From Microcoleus sp. (GTDB lineage Bacteria > Cyanobacteriota > Cyanobacteriia > Cyanobacteriales > Microcoleaceae): 64,000 nucleotides of DNA. The notes under the pieces are model-generated. The model was given only the letters and a program-made list of their open reading frames with translations. It searched no databases and was not told the DNA's origin. The position numbers and the translations under genes are program-made. Every line of letters begins with the position of its first letter. Position 1 is the first letter of the stretch. The DNA lies in contig CP181291.1 in NCBI GenBank assembly GCA_052279835.1, forward strand, positions 5,280,001 through 5,344,000. Direction: 5' to 3'. Of this stretch, positions 41,451 through 52,124 are shown in pieces.

Positions 41451-42089
41451 ATGACAACAACTATTAACGCCAAAAACCTAACATTATCAGAAGTACACCG
41501 TCTGTTCGGCTTTCAAAAACAGTACACTAACTCATTTACATCTCTGCTATCCCTTGAAGATATCACAGAACACGAACAGCAGGAACTTATACAAATTAGG
41601 GATGATTTCGATGACTACATTTCAACAGATAGAGTTTCTGAAGGATTGGTAAAAGCTCTGACTACCTTTCCCCTAATGCGATTGGCTGGCTTCTACCGCC
41701 GCCCAATTAAAATTAGTTTAGAACAAGACATCGCCGAAATTAGTATTGAAGATGAAGATACTATCATTAAAGGACGGTTTGATATCTTGGCTATCAACAG
41801 GATAAAACCCATCAGAAGCGATACATATTTTTGGGTTTTGGTGATTGAAAGTAAAAATTCTGGAATCAACGCATTGATGGGTTTATCGCAATTGCTAACC
41901 TATGCTTATCAAAATTTAAAATATCAAGACACAATCTGGGGTTTGACAACAAACGGAATGCACTATCAGTTCGTCAATATTCAGGGGGGGCATAACCCAA
42001 CCTATCAGCTATTGCCTTTGTTAAACCTGATGGAGTCCGAATCGTCAATTTTGTTGCTGCAAGTTTTAAAAGCCATTTGCAAGCTATAA
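41451..42089 (+). CDS. Type I restriction HsdR N-terminal-like (PD-(D/E)xK) protein
   Basis: GRFDIL..VIESK..QLLTYA..WGLTTNG..YQF. Confidence 0.75.
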   Translation: MTTTINAKNLTLSEVHRLFGFQKQYTNSFTSLLSLEDITEHEQQELIQIRDDFDDYISTDRVSEGLVKALTTFPLMRLAGFYRRPIKISLEQDIAEISIEDEDTIIKGRFDILAINRIKPIRSDTYFWVLVIESKNSGINALMGLSQLLTYAYQNLKYQDTIWGLTTNGMHYQFVNIQGGHNPTYQLLPLLNLMESESSILLLQVLKAICKL

Positions 42090-42119
42090 AAAATGAGGTA
42101 GGGAACCTTCCCCACCTCA
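42088..42119 (-). terminator. Probable intrinsic terminator of rbcLXS
   Basis: Imperfect stem TGAGGT(A)GGG...CCCCACCTCA followed by a T-run on the minus strand. Confidence 0.5.
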
Positions 42120-42144
42120 AATCTTATACTAAATCCCCTCTATC

Positions 42145-42196
42145 TCTTAGTCCGCGGAGGCGGACTTCGTTTGTATAGCAGCGATTTCAATCGCCG
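42145..42196 (+). repeat. Dispersed repeat AGTCCGCGGAGGCGGACT family
   Basis: Second copy at 62661-62712. Confidence 0.75.
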
Positions 42197-42216
42197 AATA
42201 TAAAGGGGGTAACTTT

Positions 42217-42552
42217 TTAGTAGCCTCTGGTGTTAGGCTTGTGGACGATGAAGCTGAGCACTTGGCATTGCTTCACGTTGTCAAAACCCATGACGCGGAT
42301 GTAGCAACCAGGGTTTTCTTGACGGCAAGCGTTGATTTCTGTCATGATTTCTTGGACGCTGCGAGCGTGGAACAAAGGCAACTTCCAAAGAGTCCAATAG
42401 CGCATTTCAGCGGCGGAGGTTTCGTTGAATTCTACGCCGGGAATGTAGCCTTGATCCAAGATGTATTGCAGTTGCTTGGCAATTTGTGCGTCTGTCAGCG
42501 GGGGCAAATAGGACAGAGTTTCGTAACGACGCTCTTTAGGTAAAGTTTTCAT
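42217..42552 (-). CDS. rbcS: RuBisCO small subunit
   Basis: [31 protein letters not shown]. Confidence 0.98.
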   Translation of the reverse strand: MKTLPKERRYETLSYLPPLTDAQIAKQLQYILDQGYIPGVEFNETSAAEMRYWTLWKLPLFHARSVQEIMTEINACRQENPGCYIRVMGFDNVKQCQVLSFIVHKPNTRGY

Positions 42553-42598
42553 TTTTCTATCTCTAAGGTGTGTGTTCGATTCGCACTCGTGCGATCGA

Positions 42599-43012
42599 TT
42601 AACTCGACAAATTATCTAGATTCGGTTCAGAATCTATTGAGGATGTTTCAGGATTGCTGGTAGCCACAGACCAATTAAGCTGCGTAATTCGCTCCAAATG
42701 CTGGCGTCTGTGTTCCATATTTGACTGTTGAATGCCAGTACGAACCATTTCAGGCAAAAACTCTGTCACATCGTGGGCCAGATATTCTCGCACAGTCATG
42801 ATCCGAAATCCTAAATCTTGATTTTCCAATAGCAACTCTCGAATGTATAATTCTCCATCCTGGATTTTGCCCTTAGTGGAAAATTCATTCAACCAGATTG
42901 CCAGAGGAGGATTGGTTTCGCTCAACTGAGCGACCACAATCCGCACGGATTGATAGGTTAGGTAACTTGCCAGCACCTTAGCGGTGTCTTTCGCAACTTG
43001 TTTGAGATCCAT
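42599..43012 (-). CDS. rbcX: RuBisCO assembly chaperone
   Basis: [25 protein letters not shown]; located between rbcL and rbcS. Confidence 0.96.
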   Translation of the reverse strand: MDLKQVAKDTAKVLASYLTYQSVRIVVAQLSETNPPLAIWLNEFSTKGKIQDGELYIRELLLENQDLGFRIMTVREYLAHDVTEFLPEMVRTGIQQSNMEHRRQHLERITQLNWSVATSNPETSSIDSEPNLDNLSS

Positions 43013-43149
43013 TTTTGACCCCAGCCCTTAAGAGTTTTAGATTGTGGATTTTAGATTTTGGATGCAAACTTACTTGTAAATCTTCTTACAAGATAAAGAC
43101 ATAACAGCAAGTTTGCTACCTAAAACCTAAAATCTCCAACCCAAAATCA

Positions 43150-44580
43150 TCAAACGGTATCCATTGCCTCGAATTCAAACTTGATTTCTTTCCAGAGTTC
43201 GCAAGCAACAGCCAATTCAGGGCTCCATTTGCAAGCTTCGCGAATGATGTCTCCGCCTTCGCGCATCAAGTTGCGGCCTTCGTTACGTGCTTGGACGCAA
43301 GCTTCCAAAGCAACGCGGTTAGCTGTTGCACCAGGTGCGTTACCCCAAGGGTGGCCCAAGGTGCCGCCGCCGAACTGCAAGCAGGAGTCGTCGCCGAAGA
43401 TTTCCACCAAGGCTGGCATATGCCAGATGTGGATACCGCCGGATGCAACTGGCATGACACCAGGCATGGAGGCCCAATCTTGGGTGAAGTAGATACCGCG
43501 AGCGCGGTCTTGTTCGATGTGGTCTTCGCGCATCAAGTCTACGAAGCCCATGGTGATGCCTTTTTCGCCTTCGAGTTTGCCCACAACTGTACCGGAGTGC
43601 AGGTGGTCGCCACCGGACATCCGCAAGCACTTGGCAAGTACGCGGAAGTGGATACCGTGGTTCTTTTGACGGTCGATAACGGCGTGCATGGCGCGGTGAA
43701 TGTGCAACAGGATTCCGTTGCGACGGCACCATTTGGCCAAGGTGGTGTTTGCAGTGAAACCACCGGTCAGGTAGTCGTGCATGATGATGGGGGTTTTGAT
43801 TTCTTTGGCGAATTCAGCCCGTTCCATCATTTCTTCGCAGGTGGGGGCGGTGACGTTGAGGTAGTGACCTTTGACTTCGCCGGTTTCTGCTTGAGCTTTT
43901 TCAATAGCTTCTTGAACGAACAAGAAACGATCGCGCCAACGCATGAATGGTTGGGAGTTGATGTTTTCGTCGTCTTTGGTGAAGTCCAAACCGCCGCGTA
44001 GAACTTCGTAAACGGCACGGCCGTAGTTCTTAGCAGACAGACCCAATTTGGGCTTAATTGTACAACCGAGCAAAGGACGGCCGTACTTGTTCAATTTGTC
44101 GCGCTCAACGGTGATACCGTGAGGAGGACCTTGGAAGGTTTTGAGGTAAGCAATGGGAATCCGCAAGTCTTCCAACCGCAGAGCACGCAAGGCTTTGAAA
44201 CCGAACACGTTACCAACCAAAGAGGTGAGCAAGTTGGTGACGGAACCTTCTTCAAACAAATCCAAAGGATAAGCGATGAAGCAAATGTATTGGTTGTCTT
44301 CGCCGGGGACTGGCTCGATGTCGTAGCAACGACCTTTGTAGCGATCGAGGTCGGTGAGGAGGTCGGTCCACACAGTTGTCCAGGTACCGGTGGAAGATTC
44401 AGCAGCCACAGCAGCGCCGGCTTCTTCTGGTGGTACTCCAGGTTGTGGAGTTACACGGAAAGCCGCCAAAATATCTGTATCTTTCGGGGTGTAGTCCGGT
44501 GTGTAATACGTTAGTTTATAGTCTTGAACTCCGGCTTTATACCCAGCCTTGGATTGAGTTTGGGTTTGCGCGTAAGCCAT
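43150..44580 (-). CDS. rbcL: RuBisCO large subunit (form IB)
   Basis: [44 protein letters not shown]. Confidence 0.99.
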   Translation of the reverse strand: MAYAQTQTQSKAGYKAGVQDYKLTYYTPDYTPKDTDILAAFRVTPQPGVPPEEAGAAVAAESSTGTWTTVWTDLLTDLDRYKGRCYDIEPVPGEDNQYICFIAYPLDLFEEGSVTNLLTSLVGNVFGFKALRALRLEDLRIPIAYLKTFQGPPHGITVERDKLNKYGRPLLGCTIKPKLGLSAKNYGRAVYEVLRGGLDFTKDDENINSQPFMRWRDRFLFVQEAIEKAQAETGEVKGHYLNVTAPTCEEMMERAEFAKEIKTPIIMHDYLTGGFTANTTLAKWCRRNGILLHIHRAMHAVIDRQKNHGIHFRVLAKCLRMSGGDHLHSGTVVGKLEGEKGITMGFVDLMREDHIEQDRARGIYFTQDWASMPGVMPVASGGIHIWHMPALVEIFGDDSCLQFGGGTLGHPWGNAPGATANRVALEACVQARNEGRNLMREGGDIIREACKWSPELAVACELWKEIKFEFEAMDTV

Positions 44581-44683
44581 ATCTCGCTTCCTAGTATTCG
44601 CTTAATTTTGGGGCCTGATGGCAGGCTCTTAGAAATATATCAAGAAAGTGGCGCTCTAAAATTTTAATATTCTTTTAATCATC

Positions 44684-44698
44684 ATAAGTATTGTTTAT
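44684..44698. promoter_or_regulatory. Candidate LysR-type (RbcR/CbbR) site upstream of rbcL
   Basis: ATAA-N7-TTAT (T-N11-A) about 105 bp upstream of rbcL; short AT-rich motif. Confidence 0.35.
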
Positions 44699-45153
44699 TT
44701 ACCTTTACATTAAGAAATTATTTGTAACATCTCTTATTAAACAAAAAGCACAAATAATGCTTGGGGATCGTAACAGAAGCGAGAGGGAACAAGATAGAGG
44801 GAATCAGGAAAAAGGGTTGGTTATCTAGGAGAGAAAGAATAAAGAAAGGGAATGGGGAGTTAGTTAGAAATACCTAAAATTATAGTTGATAGTTGAGTCC
44901 GATCGCGCGATCGAACTCAATCGAACTCAACAGCTATCCAAAAATCTCAAACCGCAAATTTTCAATCTATAACTACTGTCTTCCACCGTCAAAAATCCAA
45001 ACCATAGCACATAATATGGACAGGACTTGCGCGATGCCAAGTTTCTTAAATTCAAAAATCTCATTACAGCAATTGAACCGGAATGTCAACCCGGTTGCTG
45101 GGATAGCTGCTCGTAAGTCTTAATGGATATTTAGCCCCATTTCTACTCTGGTT

Positions 45154-46908
45154 GTGCCACACCCCCATTCAAAATCTGTCCACTGCATTAATCCAGATTG
45201 CCCAAAGCCCTACCCTCAGACTTGGGGCAACAATTTTTGTCAGAGTTGCGGAGGGCCACTGCGACTGAAAAATCGCTATGTGCCCCTACAAGTTTTAGGT
45301 AAAGGCGGTTTTGCCGCTATCTACACGGTTTGGGATACAGAATCTGAAACCGAGCGCGTACTCAAAGTATTGCTGGAAACTTCGCCGAAAGCGGTGAAAC
45401 TATTCGAGCAAGAAGCTTGGGTGTTAGCAATTTTGCGCAATCCCGGTGTCCCCAGAGTGGAGGCTGAGGGTTATTTTCATGTGCAAATGCAAAACTTGCC
45501 AGGGGAGGGAAATGCTGCCGCGCGCAGGCTTCCTTGTTTGGTAATGGAGAAGATTCACGGTAAAACTTTGGAAGATATTCTGGATGAGCACCCCCAAGGT
45601 TGTCCGCCAGAATGGGTTTTTAGTTGGCTTAGTCAAGCTGTGGAAATTTTAGAGGAGTTGCATAGATGTCAGATTATTCACCGCGATATTAAACCGAGCA
45701 ATTTGATGCTGCGGATGCCACAATCGCCACAACTTTTGCTGGCTAACGGTTTGGGTGGATTGCAGTTGGTGACGATCGACTTTGGCGGTGTTAAACAAAT
45801 GGGTGGTGTCGCACCGGTGGGGAAAGATGCTCCAAGTTCGACGCGGTTAATTTCTCCTGGGTATAGCCCGCCGGAACAAATTGTTGGGGGCGGTGTGGGC
45901 CCGGCGACGGATTTTTATGCTCTGGGGCGGACTTGCATTCACTTGCTGACGGGGAAGTATCCGGCGGATATTGAAGATCCGATGACTGGGGAGTTGCGGT
46001 GGCGGCATATTTCGCCGCTCGCCCCGGCTTTTGCTAATTTGTTGGATGATATGGTGCGATCGGATGTGCAGCAGCGTCCGGCGACGGCTGGGGAGGTTCG
46101 CCAACGTTTGAGGCAGATTTCTACTCGGAATCAGGGACGAATGGCGCTCGCCCCTAGCAGTCAAGCTATGCTGAAATTCTGTAGGCAAGTATTGGTGGTG
46201 GGGGCGCAAAAAACTGTCAGCCTCACTGGTTTTGTGTTTGGGGCGATCGCCCAAATTGTGGTAGCTTCTCTGGATACGGGCTGGGAAATGGTGCTCGGTG
46301 GGATTGGGGGAAGTGCGGGGGCGATCGGCGGTTTAGTTTTGGGTTATGCTTCGCCTATTGGCCCGGAAATTGCGAACTTTTTGAATGAGGGTTTGCATCA
46401 ATTAATTCCTAATATGACTTTCGCTGTGGGGCCGGAGGTGCTATTGTTTGGATTTGCGGGATTGGGAACTGCGATCGGGTTGACGGATGCGGGCAGTTTT
46501 CGCCAACACAAACAGTATTGGTTATCGGGATTGATGGGTGTTCAAGGTTATTTGTTAGCTGGTTTGTGTTGGTTGGAGTCGAGTGCTTCTAGTGGGGTGC
46601 AGGGGATTATTTTGGGTGCTTTTGCGATCGCTTCTTTGACTGTGGGAATGGGTTTGCGGAGTCACCAATTGGTGCACGCTTTGGTGGTGGCTGTGTGCTC
46701 TACGGGATTGTTTTTGTTTCTGAATGCTTTGAGTATTTTTCCTGGGAGTTTCTTGGAGAGTTTTGCGTCGTCTAACGCTACACTGGGCTTGCTACAAGTT
46801 TGGGGGGCTGTGGCGTTTTTTGGTTTGTTGGGAAGTGCGATCGGGCTTTGTTTGGGAGTCAGTCATTATTTGGTTGTGCCTTTGTTAAGGTGGTTGGGTT
46901 GGAAGTAA
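45154..46908 (+). CDS. Serine/threonine protein kinase with N-terminal 4-Cys prefix and C-terminal multi-TM domain
   Basis: CINPDC..CQSCG, LGKGGFA, VLKVL, HRDIKPSN, DFG, GYSPPEQ; hydrophobic C-terminus. Confidence 0.93.
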   Translation: MPHPHSKSVHCINPDCPKPYPQTWGNNFCQSCGGPLRLKNRYVPLQVLGKGGFAAIYTVWDTESETERVLKVLLETSPKAVKLFEQEAWVLAILRNPGVPRVEAEGYFHVQMQNLPGEGNAAARRLPCLVMEKIHGKTLEDILDEHPQGCPPEWVFSWLSQAVEILEELHRCQIIHRDIKPSNLMLRMPQSPQLLLANGLGGLQLVTIDFGGVKQMGGVAPVGKDAPSSTRLISPGYSPPEQIVGGGVGPATDFYALGRTCIHLLTGKYPADIEDPMTGELRWRHISPLAPAFANLLDDMVRSDVQQRPATAGEVRQRLRQISTRNQGRMALAPSSQAMLKFCRQVLVVGAQKTVSLTGFVFGAIAQIVVASLDTGWEMVLGGIGGSAGAIGGLVLGYASPIGPEIANFLNEGLHQLIPNMTFAVGPEVLLFGFAGLGTAIGLTDAGSFRQHKQYWLSGLMGVQGYLLAGLCWLESSASSGVQGIILGAFAIASLTVGMGLRSHQLVHALVVAVCSTGLFLFLNALSIFPGSFLESFASSNATLGLLQVWGAVAFFGLLGSAIGLCLGVSHYLVVPLLRWLGWK

Positions 46909-46920
46909 GTCGAAGTAAGA

Positions 46921-47166
46921 AGGAAGAAGTCACCCCCCCCTGCCCCCCCCAAGGGGGGAAATTCAGGAATCAGGAATCAGGAAGAAGTCACCCCCCCCCA
47001 GCCCCCCCCTAGGGGGGAAATTCAGGAATCAGGAAGAAGTCACCCCCCCCTGCCCCCCCCTAGGGGGGAAATTCAGGAATCAGGAAGAAGTCACCCCCCC
47101 CTGCCCCCCCCAAGGGGGGAAATTCAGGAATCAGGAAGAAGGAAGAATTCACCCCCCTTGCCCCGC
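46921..47166 (+). repeat. Tandem array of a ~51-bp C/G-run unit (4 copies plus a partial fifth)
   Basis: AGGAAGAAGTCACCCCCCCCTGCCCCCCCC(A/T)AGGGGGGAAATTCAGGAATC. Confidence 0.9.
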
Positions 47167-47350
47167 AAGCTATTGTGAAACCTTAGAAACCGTTGCGTCC
47201 CCAAATGACCATTGAGATTGAGAAGGAGAACAGAACTAGCACCGAAACCCAACCGAGTGACAAAATATCCATAGCTATTTAACAAACTGTACAAAATGAC
47301 TCCAAACCTTATGATAAGTCAATTTGAGCCATTTTTGAAATGAGGGGCCT

Positions 47351-47830
47351 GTGAAGGATTTGTCGAATTTTAGTGCTGCTGAACGGGTGGAATCTTTGAA
47401 AGCAGGCGCTGTTGCTGCTTTTGGGATGTTTTGGGGTTTTGGGGCGATCGCCCTTATTAATAGCTTGATTCTAGTCCCTAGGTTTGATTTTCTGGCTGGA
47501 TTGCAGGTAGGGGCGATCGACCTAAATTTTGCTTTTAAAGGGTCGATCGCCCTTTTGGCCGGTTTTCTCTTTGGTGTCACTTACCGCTATGCGATTCGCA
47601 CCGATACTAATCCGCAGCTAAAATCCGGTGTGGTGTTGGCTTTTGGGCTGGTGCGGGCTTGTGGACAGTTGGATGCGGGATGGTTTTTTGAGGCTGGGAA
47701 ATTGCCTGTGGTAGAGGAGTTATTGCCCTTTGTGGTTGGGAGTTTTGAGAGTGTGGTATTATTTGCGATCGCCGGTTTGGTTTTAGATTGGGCGATGGGG
47801 CGATCGTACATTAAGCCTTTTGATTCTTGA
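47351..47830 (+). CDS. Conserved cyanobacterial membrane protein
   Basis: ERVESLKAG, FLFGVTYRYAIR.D.NPQLKSGVVLAFGLVR, YIKPF. Confidence 0.8.
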   Translation: MKDLSNFSAAERVESLKAGAVAAFGMFWGFGAIALINSLILVPRFDFLAGLQVGAIDLNFAFKGSIALLAGFLFGVTYRYAIRTDTNPQLKSGVVLAFGLVRACGQLDAGWFFEAGKLPVVEELLPFVVGSFESVVLFAIAGLVLDWAMGRSYIKPFDS

Positions 47831-48075
47831 GAGGACACGGCAATGCCCATAGGTGTCAACTTAAGGTTCATTTCACAGTCCGGCAAGGGTTGAAACCCCT
47901 GCCTCAAAGCGCAAGTCCTCTCAAAGAGGACTGATGATTTCTTGAGTCCTCTTTGAGGGGACTGTCTTCTATTAGAAAGGGGTTTCAACCCCGGTTGGAC
48001 TCCTGGAATGACTAACAGACTTGGCGGGTTGACAGCTTAAGTTGACACGCTTTGGGCACTGCCGTCTCCTCCTAC
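47830..48075. mobile_element. Family-M composite element, second copy
   Basis: CACGGCAATGCCCATAGGTGTCAACTTAAG...CTTAAGTTGACACGCTTTGGGCACTGCCGTCTCCT with the same internal palindromes as 15956-16254. Confidence 0.75.
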
Positions 48076-48094
48076 AATTAAGCCGTGTCAGCCC

Positions 48095-48769
48095 TTAAAA
48101 ATTTAACACTTCAAATTCGGGACTACCATAAACCATTTGTTTATCTACAGCCGACAAAACCTGATTGTTAGCAACATCAGACATCAAACATTGGCAAACT
48201 AACTGCGCTACATCAGCGCGATGGATATTGCCAGCAACTCGACAATCTTCTGTTAAAACACCATTGCCCGTTGCAGGTTCTGATTTCAGTCCGCCCGGAC
48301 GAATCACAGTATAAATCATCCCACTTGCTATCAAGTGATTTTCGGCTTTTTCCTTATCAATTAACACTGGGCCCAAGGTTTCTAAAGCTTGGGGTGGCAA
48401 AGCGCCCGCAGTATTACCACTACCTATGGACGAAACTAAAATAAACTTTTTTACTCCTGCTTTGACAGCCGCATCAATCAAGTTTTTGTTTCCTAAATAA
48501 TCGGCTCTTTCTCCATCTTTTGGCAAGCCGCCGATGGTGCTGATTACGGCATCAATTGGTGCGCTACCAGTCATGGCTGCATCCACAGCCTCCGCGTCCA
48601 AAGCATCGCCCCTAGTGATTTTGATGCCCATTGCTGCTAATTCTGGGCTGGTTTCGGGCGATCGCAAAAATGCAGTTACTTCAATATTTTGTGCTGTCAA
48701 ACATTTTGCAATTTCTTTACCGACACCCCGGCTAGCACCGGCTAAAAAAATGTGGAGTGGATCTGTCAT
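48095..48769 (-). CDS. Atypical SDR / NAD(P)H-binding oxidoreductase
   Basis: LAGASRGVG, GN.NLIDAA, LVSSIG, KAE..L..SG..YTVIRPGGL, IHRADVA. Confidence 0.9.
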   Translation of the reverse strand: MTDPLHIFLAGASRGVGKEIAKCLTAQNIEVTAFLRSPETSPELAAMGIKITRGDALDAEAVDAAMTGSAPIDAVISTIGGLPKDGERADYLGNKNLIDAAVKAGVKKFILVSSIGSGNTAGALPPQALETLGPVLIDKEKAENHLIASGMIYTVIRPGGLKSEPATGNGVLTEDCRVAGNIHRADVAQLVCQCLMSDVANNQVLSAVDKQMVYGSPEFEVLNF

Positions 48770-48787
48770 AGGAATTTTGTTTTAATT

Positions 48788-48838
48788 TGTTGTGGGCGAT
48801 CGACTGTTGTGGGCGATCGACTGTTGTGGGCGATCGAC
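48788..48838 (+). repeat. 17-bp tandem repeat x3
   Basis: TGTTGTGGGCGATCGAC x3. Confidence 0.85.
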
Positions 48839-49077
48839 CTCAAGATCTCAACTGAGTTCTATAAAGCATACCTTAAAAAAGGCGGGAAAAGAAGGGACGA
48901 GAGTTGAATGGGTGGCCCGATGCGATCGCCCTTTGTGACTGATTCCCAAAAGGCGATCGGCATTTCAATTACTGCCCAAACTGGATACTTGATTGTTTTA
49001 GCCCGCATCGACAGTAATTTACGAATAGTTTCGGGCAGTAATTATAGAAAAAATTTCCTAAGCTAATTCCGGTGACA

Positions 49078-50703
49078 TTAGCCTAATGATTTAGATTTGC
49101 GTTTAAGCAACACGCCAACCAAAAAAGCAGCGGAAGTTACTATACCAGCAATTTCTGAAGGTTCGGGAACCGCTTCAGCACCATCAATCCCCCGCATCTT
49201 AAAAGAGAATATATCCCGATTAGATTCTAACTTAATCGGGAATGCTACAGGGTTTGTTGGGTCGATGGCTGCATCGATACCAGTGACGCTAAACTCAGAG
49301 ACACCGTAACCGAGTAAAGCCACAAAATCTACTACTTCATTAGGCTTGAATTTGCCGATTTCTTTGCCTCCAACTAAGACGGAAAAAAGCTCGTCAGCAT
49401 CAATACCGCTAGGCAAACCCAGAATTTTGGTAAATAGCGATGGTTCGGTTGGATTGGGACTAACGGCGATCGGACTGCCGCCGATTACACACCCATAACC
49501 TCTACATCCACCACCGCTATCAGCCACATTATCGCCTATTTTGAAAGTAAAACCAGCAGAGGTTGGCGGATCGAACCAGAGACGATTTGCCACATTATTA
49601 AAACTATGCCAACCATCCTCAAAACTATCAGGTAATAAGGGATTTCGTTGAGAAGTACCGGAAATCGGATTCAGCAGAAAACCATGCTGTTTCCCGGTCG
49701 CACTGTTAATACCTTGACCTACCATTTGTCCGAGATCGTTAATGCCGTTTATTTGTTGTAAAAACCAGCCAGAATCTGTAGCAATCAGGCTATTTACATC
49801 AGCCATATTGCCATCTTCCCAGATAAAACCATGAGCAAGTCCACCATTGCCAGTAGTGTTACCAAAACCGACTACTTGACCTTTATTGTTAATATCAACC
49901 GCAGCAGTTTTATTGCCACCGAGAGTGCCCAAATCTGTAACTTGACCATTTGACCACAAAGTAGCGCGCTCTTGCTGAGTGATATTATTTGCAGAAGCAC
50001 CAACCGCCTGTCCAACATCATTGATATCATAAGCTGTACTGTCGTTATATCCTGGAAGAGTTCCCAGGTCAATCATGTTGCCATTTTCCCATTGGAAAGC
50101 ATGAGTTATGCCGAAAGCAAGGCCCGAATAACCAACAACTTGCCCTCGGTTATTGATACCCTGAGCTCCTCCATTGAAACCAAGAGTACCGAGATCAATC
50201 ATCTTGCCGTTTTGCCACAAAAAGGGATTAAATTTCTCTTGGTAAATCATAAACCTACCAACTATTTGCCCAGATTCATTGATGTCACTAGCCAGACTGC
50301 TGATACCACCAAGATAACCGAGGTCAGTCCTTTGACCGTTTTCCCAGACGTAGGCATTATCTGTCCAATTTTCACTCAGATAACGACCAATAACTTGGCC
50401 AGAATTATTCATTTGGTAAGCCCAAGTGCTATCTTTGACCTCAGTCAGTTGACCGTCTTCCCATATCCAACCAACACCTTTTTGACCAATTACTACTTGT
50501 CCGAGATTGTTGATACTGTAAGCATGGCTTTCGCCGAGGTCGGTAATTGCATAGGAAGCGAAACCAGTATGGATACTGGCGGCATTTACAGGTTTAATAG
50601 CGGTAAATCCCAATAGGGTAAAAGCAGCCAGCGACAGAGAAGTTTGAACAAATTTGCCCAAGGGAGTTTGTTGAAATATTTTGTTGATTTTTTTCATGTG
50701 CAC
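49078..50703 (-). CDS. PEP-CTERM protein with HAF extracellular repeats
   Basis: Signal peptide; repeated DLGTLGG..A.DIN..GQVVG...HAF.W; C-terminal VPEPS-TM-KRK. Confidence 0.9.
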   Translation of the reverse strand: MHMKKINKIFQQTPLGKFVQTSLSLAAFTLLGFTAIKPVNAASIHTGFASYAITDLGESHAYSINNLGQVVIGQKGVGWIWEDGQLTEVKDSTWAYQMNNSGQVIGRYLSENWTDNAYVWENGQRTDLGYLGGISSLASDINESGQIVGRFMIYQEKFNPFLWQNGKMIDLGTLGFNGGAQGINNRGQVVGYSGLAFGITHAFQWENGNMIDLGTLPGYNDSTAYDINDVGQAVGASANNITQQERATLWSNGQVTDLGTLGGNKTAAVDINNKGQVVGFGNTTGNGGLAHGFIWEDGNMADVNSLIATDSGWFLQQINGINDLGQMVGQGINSATGKQHGFLLNPISGTSQRNPLLPDSFEDGWHSFNNVANRLWFDPPTSAGFTFKIGDNVADSGGGCRGYGCVIGGSPIAVSPNPTEPSLFTKILGLPSGIDADELFSVLVGGKEIGKFKPNEVVDFVALLGYGVSEFSVTGIDAAIDPTNPVAFPIKLESNRDIFSFKMRGIDGAEAVPEPSEIAGIVTSAAFLVGVLLKRKSKSLG

Positions 50704-50956
50704 CTCTCTATTCCAATCTCTAATTTACCTTTGAACCGTGTCATTACAAGGTATTGCCCCTACGATTGATTTATTTGCCAAGGGCGATCGCCCTTTCTTG
50801 AGAAAAAGGACGAAAGGGCGATCGGCCGTCGCACTGAAAAACCAACCGTCACTTATCTATCTGGAAGGAGGCGCTAGTTTTATGCAGAATGTAGCCTAAT
50901 CTTCACAAAACTTTACAAATCGCAGATTTGAGTCGGGAGAAGTTGACTCAGGAAGC

Positions 50957-51148
50957 GAAACTTTATGATGCAGAAAGAACCGGGATTTAGAGGGGTATGG
51001 ATTGAGGGTTGTCAGGTTTACGAATGTTGAGGTGTTGCAGAGTTTTGAGGGGGTTTGTGGGGAGTTGTTGGGTTCGATTGAGGGTGATTTTTGAGGCCAG
51101 ATAACCCTGGCGCCCCCCTTAAGAAGGGGGGACATGAAGGGAGGATAG
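50957..51148 (+). pseudogene. 3' fragment of a DUF559 gene plus its downstream family-P repeat; direct repeat of 52367-52559
   Basis: About 190 bp nearly identical to the end of the 52125-52505 gene and its flank, with a 1-bp deletion. Confidence 0.85.
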
Positions 51149-51299
51149 ATTGCTCGTTTGTGATTCAAATATCGCACATTTTGACTTATTCCAAAAGGGC
51201 GATCGACATAGTTGTATAGTAGATATCGTTTGAGATAAACGAATATTTCGCCCCGACATCGGTTACAATAATCCTCATATCGTTATTTAGCAAAGCTTT

Positions 51300-51548
51300 A
51301 TGCCAGAAGTTGCACGATTTTACGGAATAATCATCAAGATTTTCTTTGGAGATCACCCACCTCCTCATTTTCACGCAGTTTACGGTGAGTACAATGCTTT
51401 GATAGGTATTGAATCTTTAGAGATTATTGAAGGAGATTTACCTAATCGCGCTCAAAAACTGGTAATAGAATGGGCTACATTGTATCAGAAAGAACTACTG
51501 GATATGTGGAATAGTCAAGAATTTAGTAAACTTCCACCATTAAAATAA
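51300..51548 (+). CDS. DUF4160 protein (putative TA component)
   Basis: MPEVARFYGIII..FFGDHPPPHFHA.YGE..GDLP..LVIEWA. Confidence 0.88.
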   Translation: MPEVARFYGIIIKIFFGDHPPPHFHAVYGEYNALIGIESLEIIEGDLPNRAQKLVIEWATLYQKELLDMWNSQEFSKLPPLK

Positions 51549-51561
51549 CTGGGATTTTTTT

Positions 51562-51858
51562 ATGAAACCTGAGCGTATTGTTTCTGCTAAAGCTATTGAC
51601 GATCGCACATTGATAGTTAAGTTTACAAATCTGGAAATAAAGAAGTACGACATCTCTAAGTTATTAGACAATCCGATGTTTTCGAGCTTGCGCAATCCTG
51701 GGTTTTTCAAGAATTTTACAATTGAGCCTGGTGGTTATGCGCTGGTTTGGAATGAAGATATCGATCTCAGTGAATATGAATTGTGGAAAAATGGAGTCAG
51801 TTGCACGGATGAGGAAATTGAGCGGTACATTGAATCTATTCATCGTGTTGCTGGATGA
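51562..51858 (+). CDS. DUF2442 protein (putative TA component)
   Basis: L.VKF.N...K.YD...F..L.N...F.....PGGYALVWNEDIDLS; usual partner of DUF4160. Confidence 0.85.
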   Translation: MKPERIVSAKAIDDRTLIVKFTNLEIKKYDISKLLDNPMFSSLRNPGFFKNFTIEPGGYALVWNEDIDLSEYELWKNGVSCTDEEIERYIESIHRVAG

Positions 51859-52013
51859 GAAATAACGATCGGCGTGTTGAGCGATCGCACTTTTCGACTA
51901 ATTCCAAAAGGGATCTCGACCTAATTGTCAAGTACACATAATGTGAGATAAACTAATTCTGAAACTATTCCCTAAAAATATCGCCCCTCCCCCCAAAATT
52001 TAAATGCACATCT

Positions 52014-52048
52014 TGTCCCCCCCTTCTTAAGGGGGGCTAGGGGGGATC
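52014..52048 (-). repeat. Family-P repeat, left flank of DUF559
   Basis: TGTCCCCCCCTTCTTAAGGGGGGCTAGGGGGGATC is the exact reverse complement of 52511-52545. Confidence 0.9.
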
Positions 52049-52124
52049 AATCCAAGACTAAGCAACCCAACCATAAACTTCAACCAACATCCAGTCCCCC
52101 TTAATAAGGAGCACCAGCAAAATA

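Noticed and set aside
41451..42089. Complete type I restriction-modification system
   Set aside because: Only a short stand-alone nuclease-like domain; no hsdM, hsdS or helicase domain nearby
43181..44594. Multiple long antisense/alternate-frame ORFs over rbcL
   Set aside because: Shadows of strong codon bias in a highly expressed gene; no recognisable motifs
44724..44737. NtcA site upstream of rbcL
   Set aside because: GTA-N8-TAT deviates from GTA-N8-TAC; too weak to call
46921..47166. CRISPR array
   Set aside because: Units repeat head-to-tail with no unique spacers, and no cas genes are nearby
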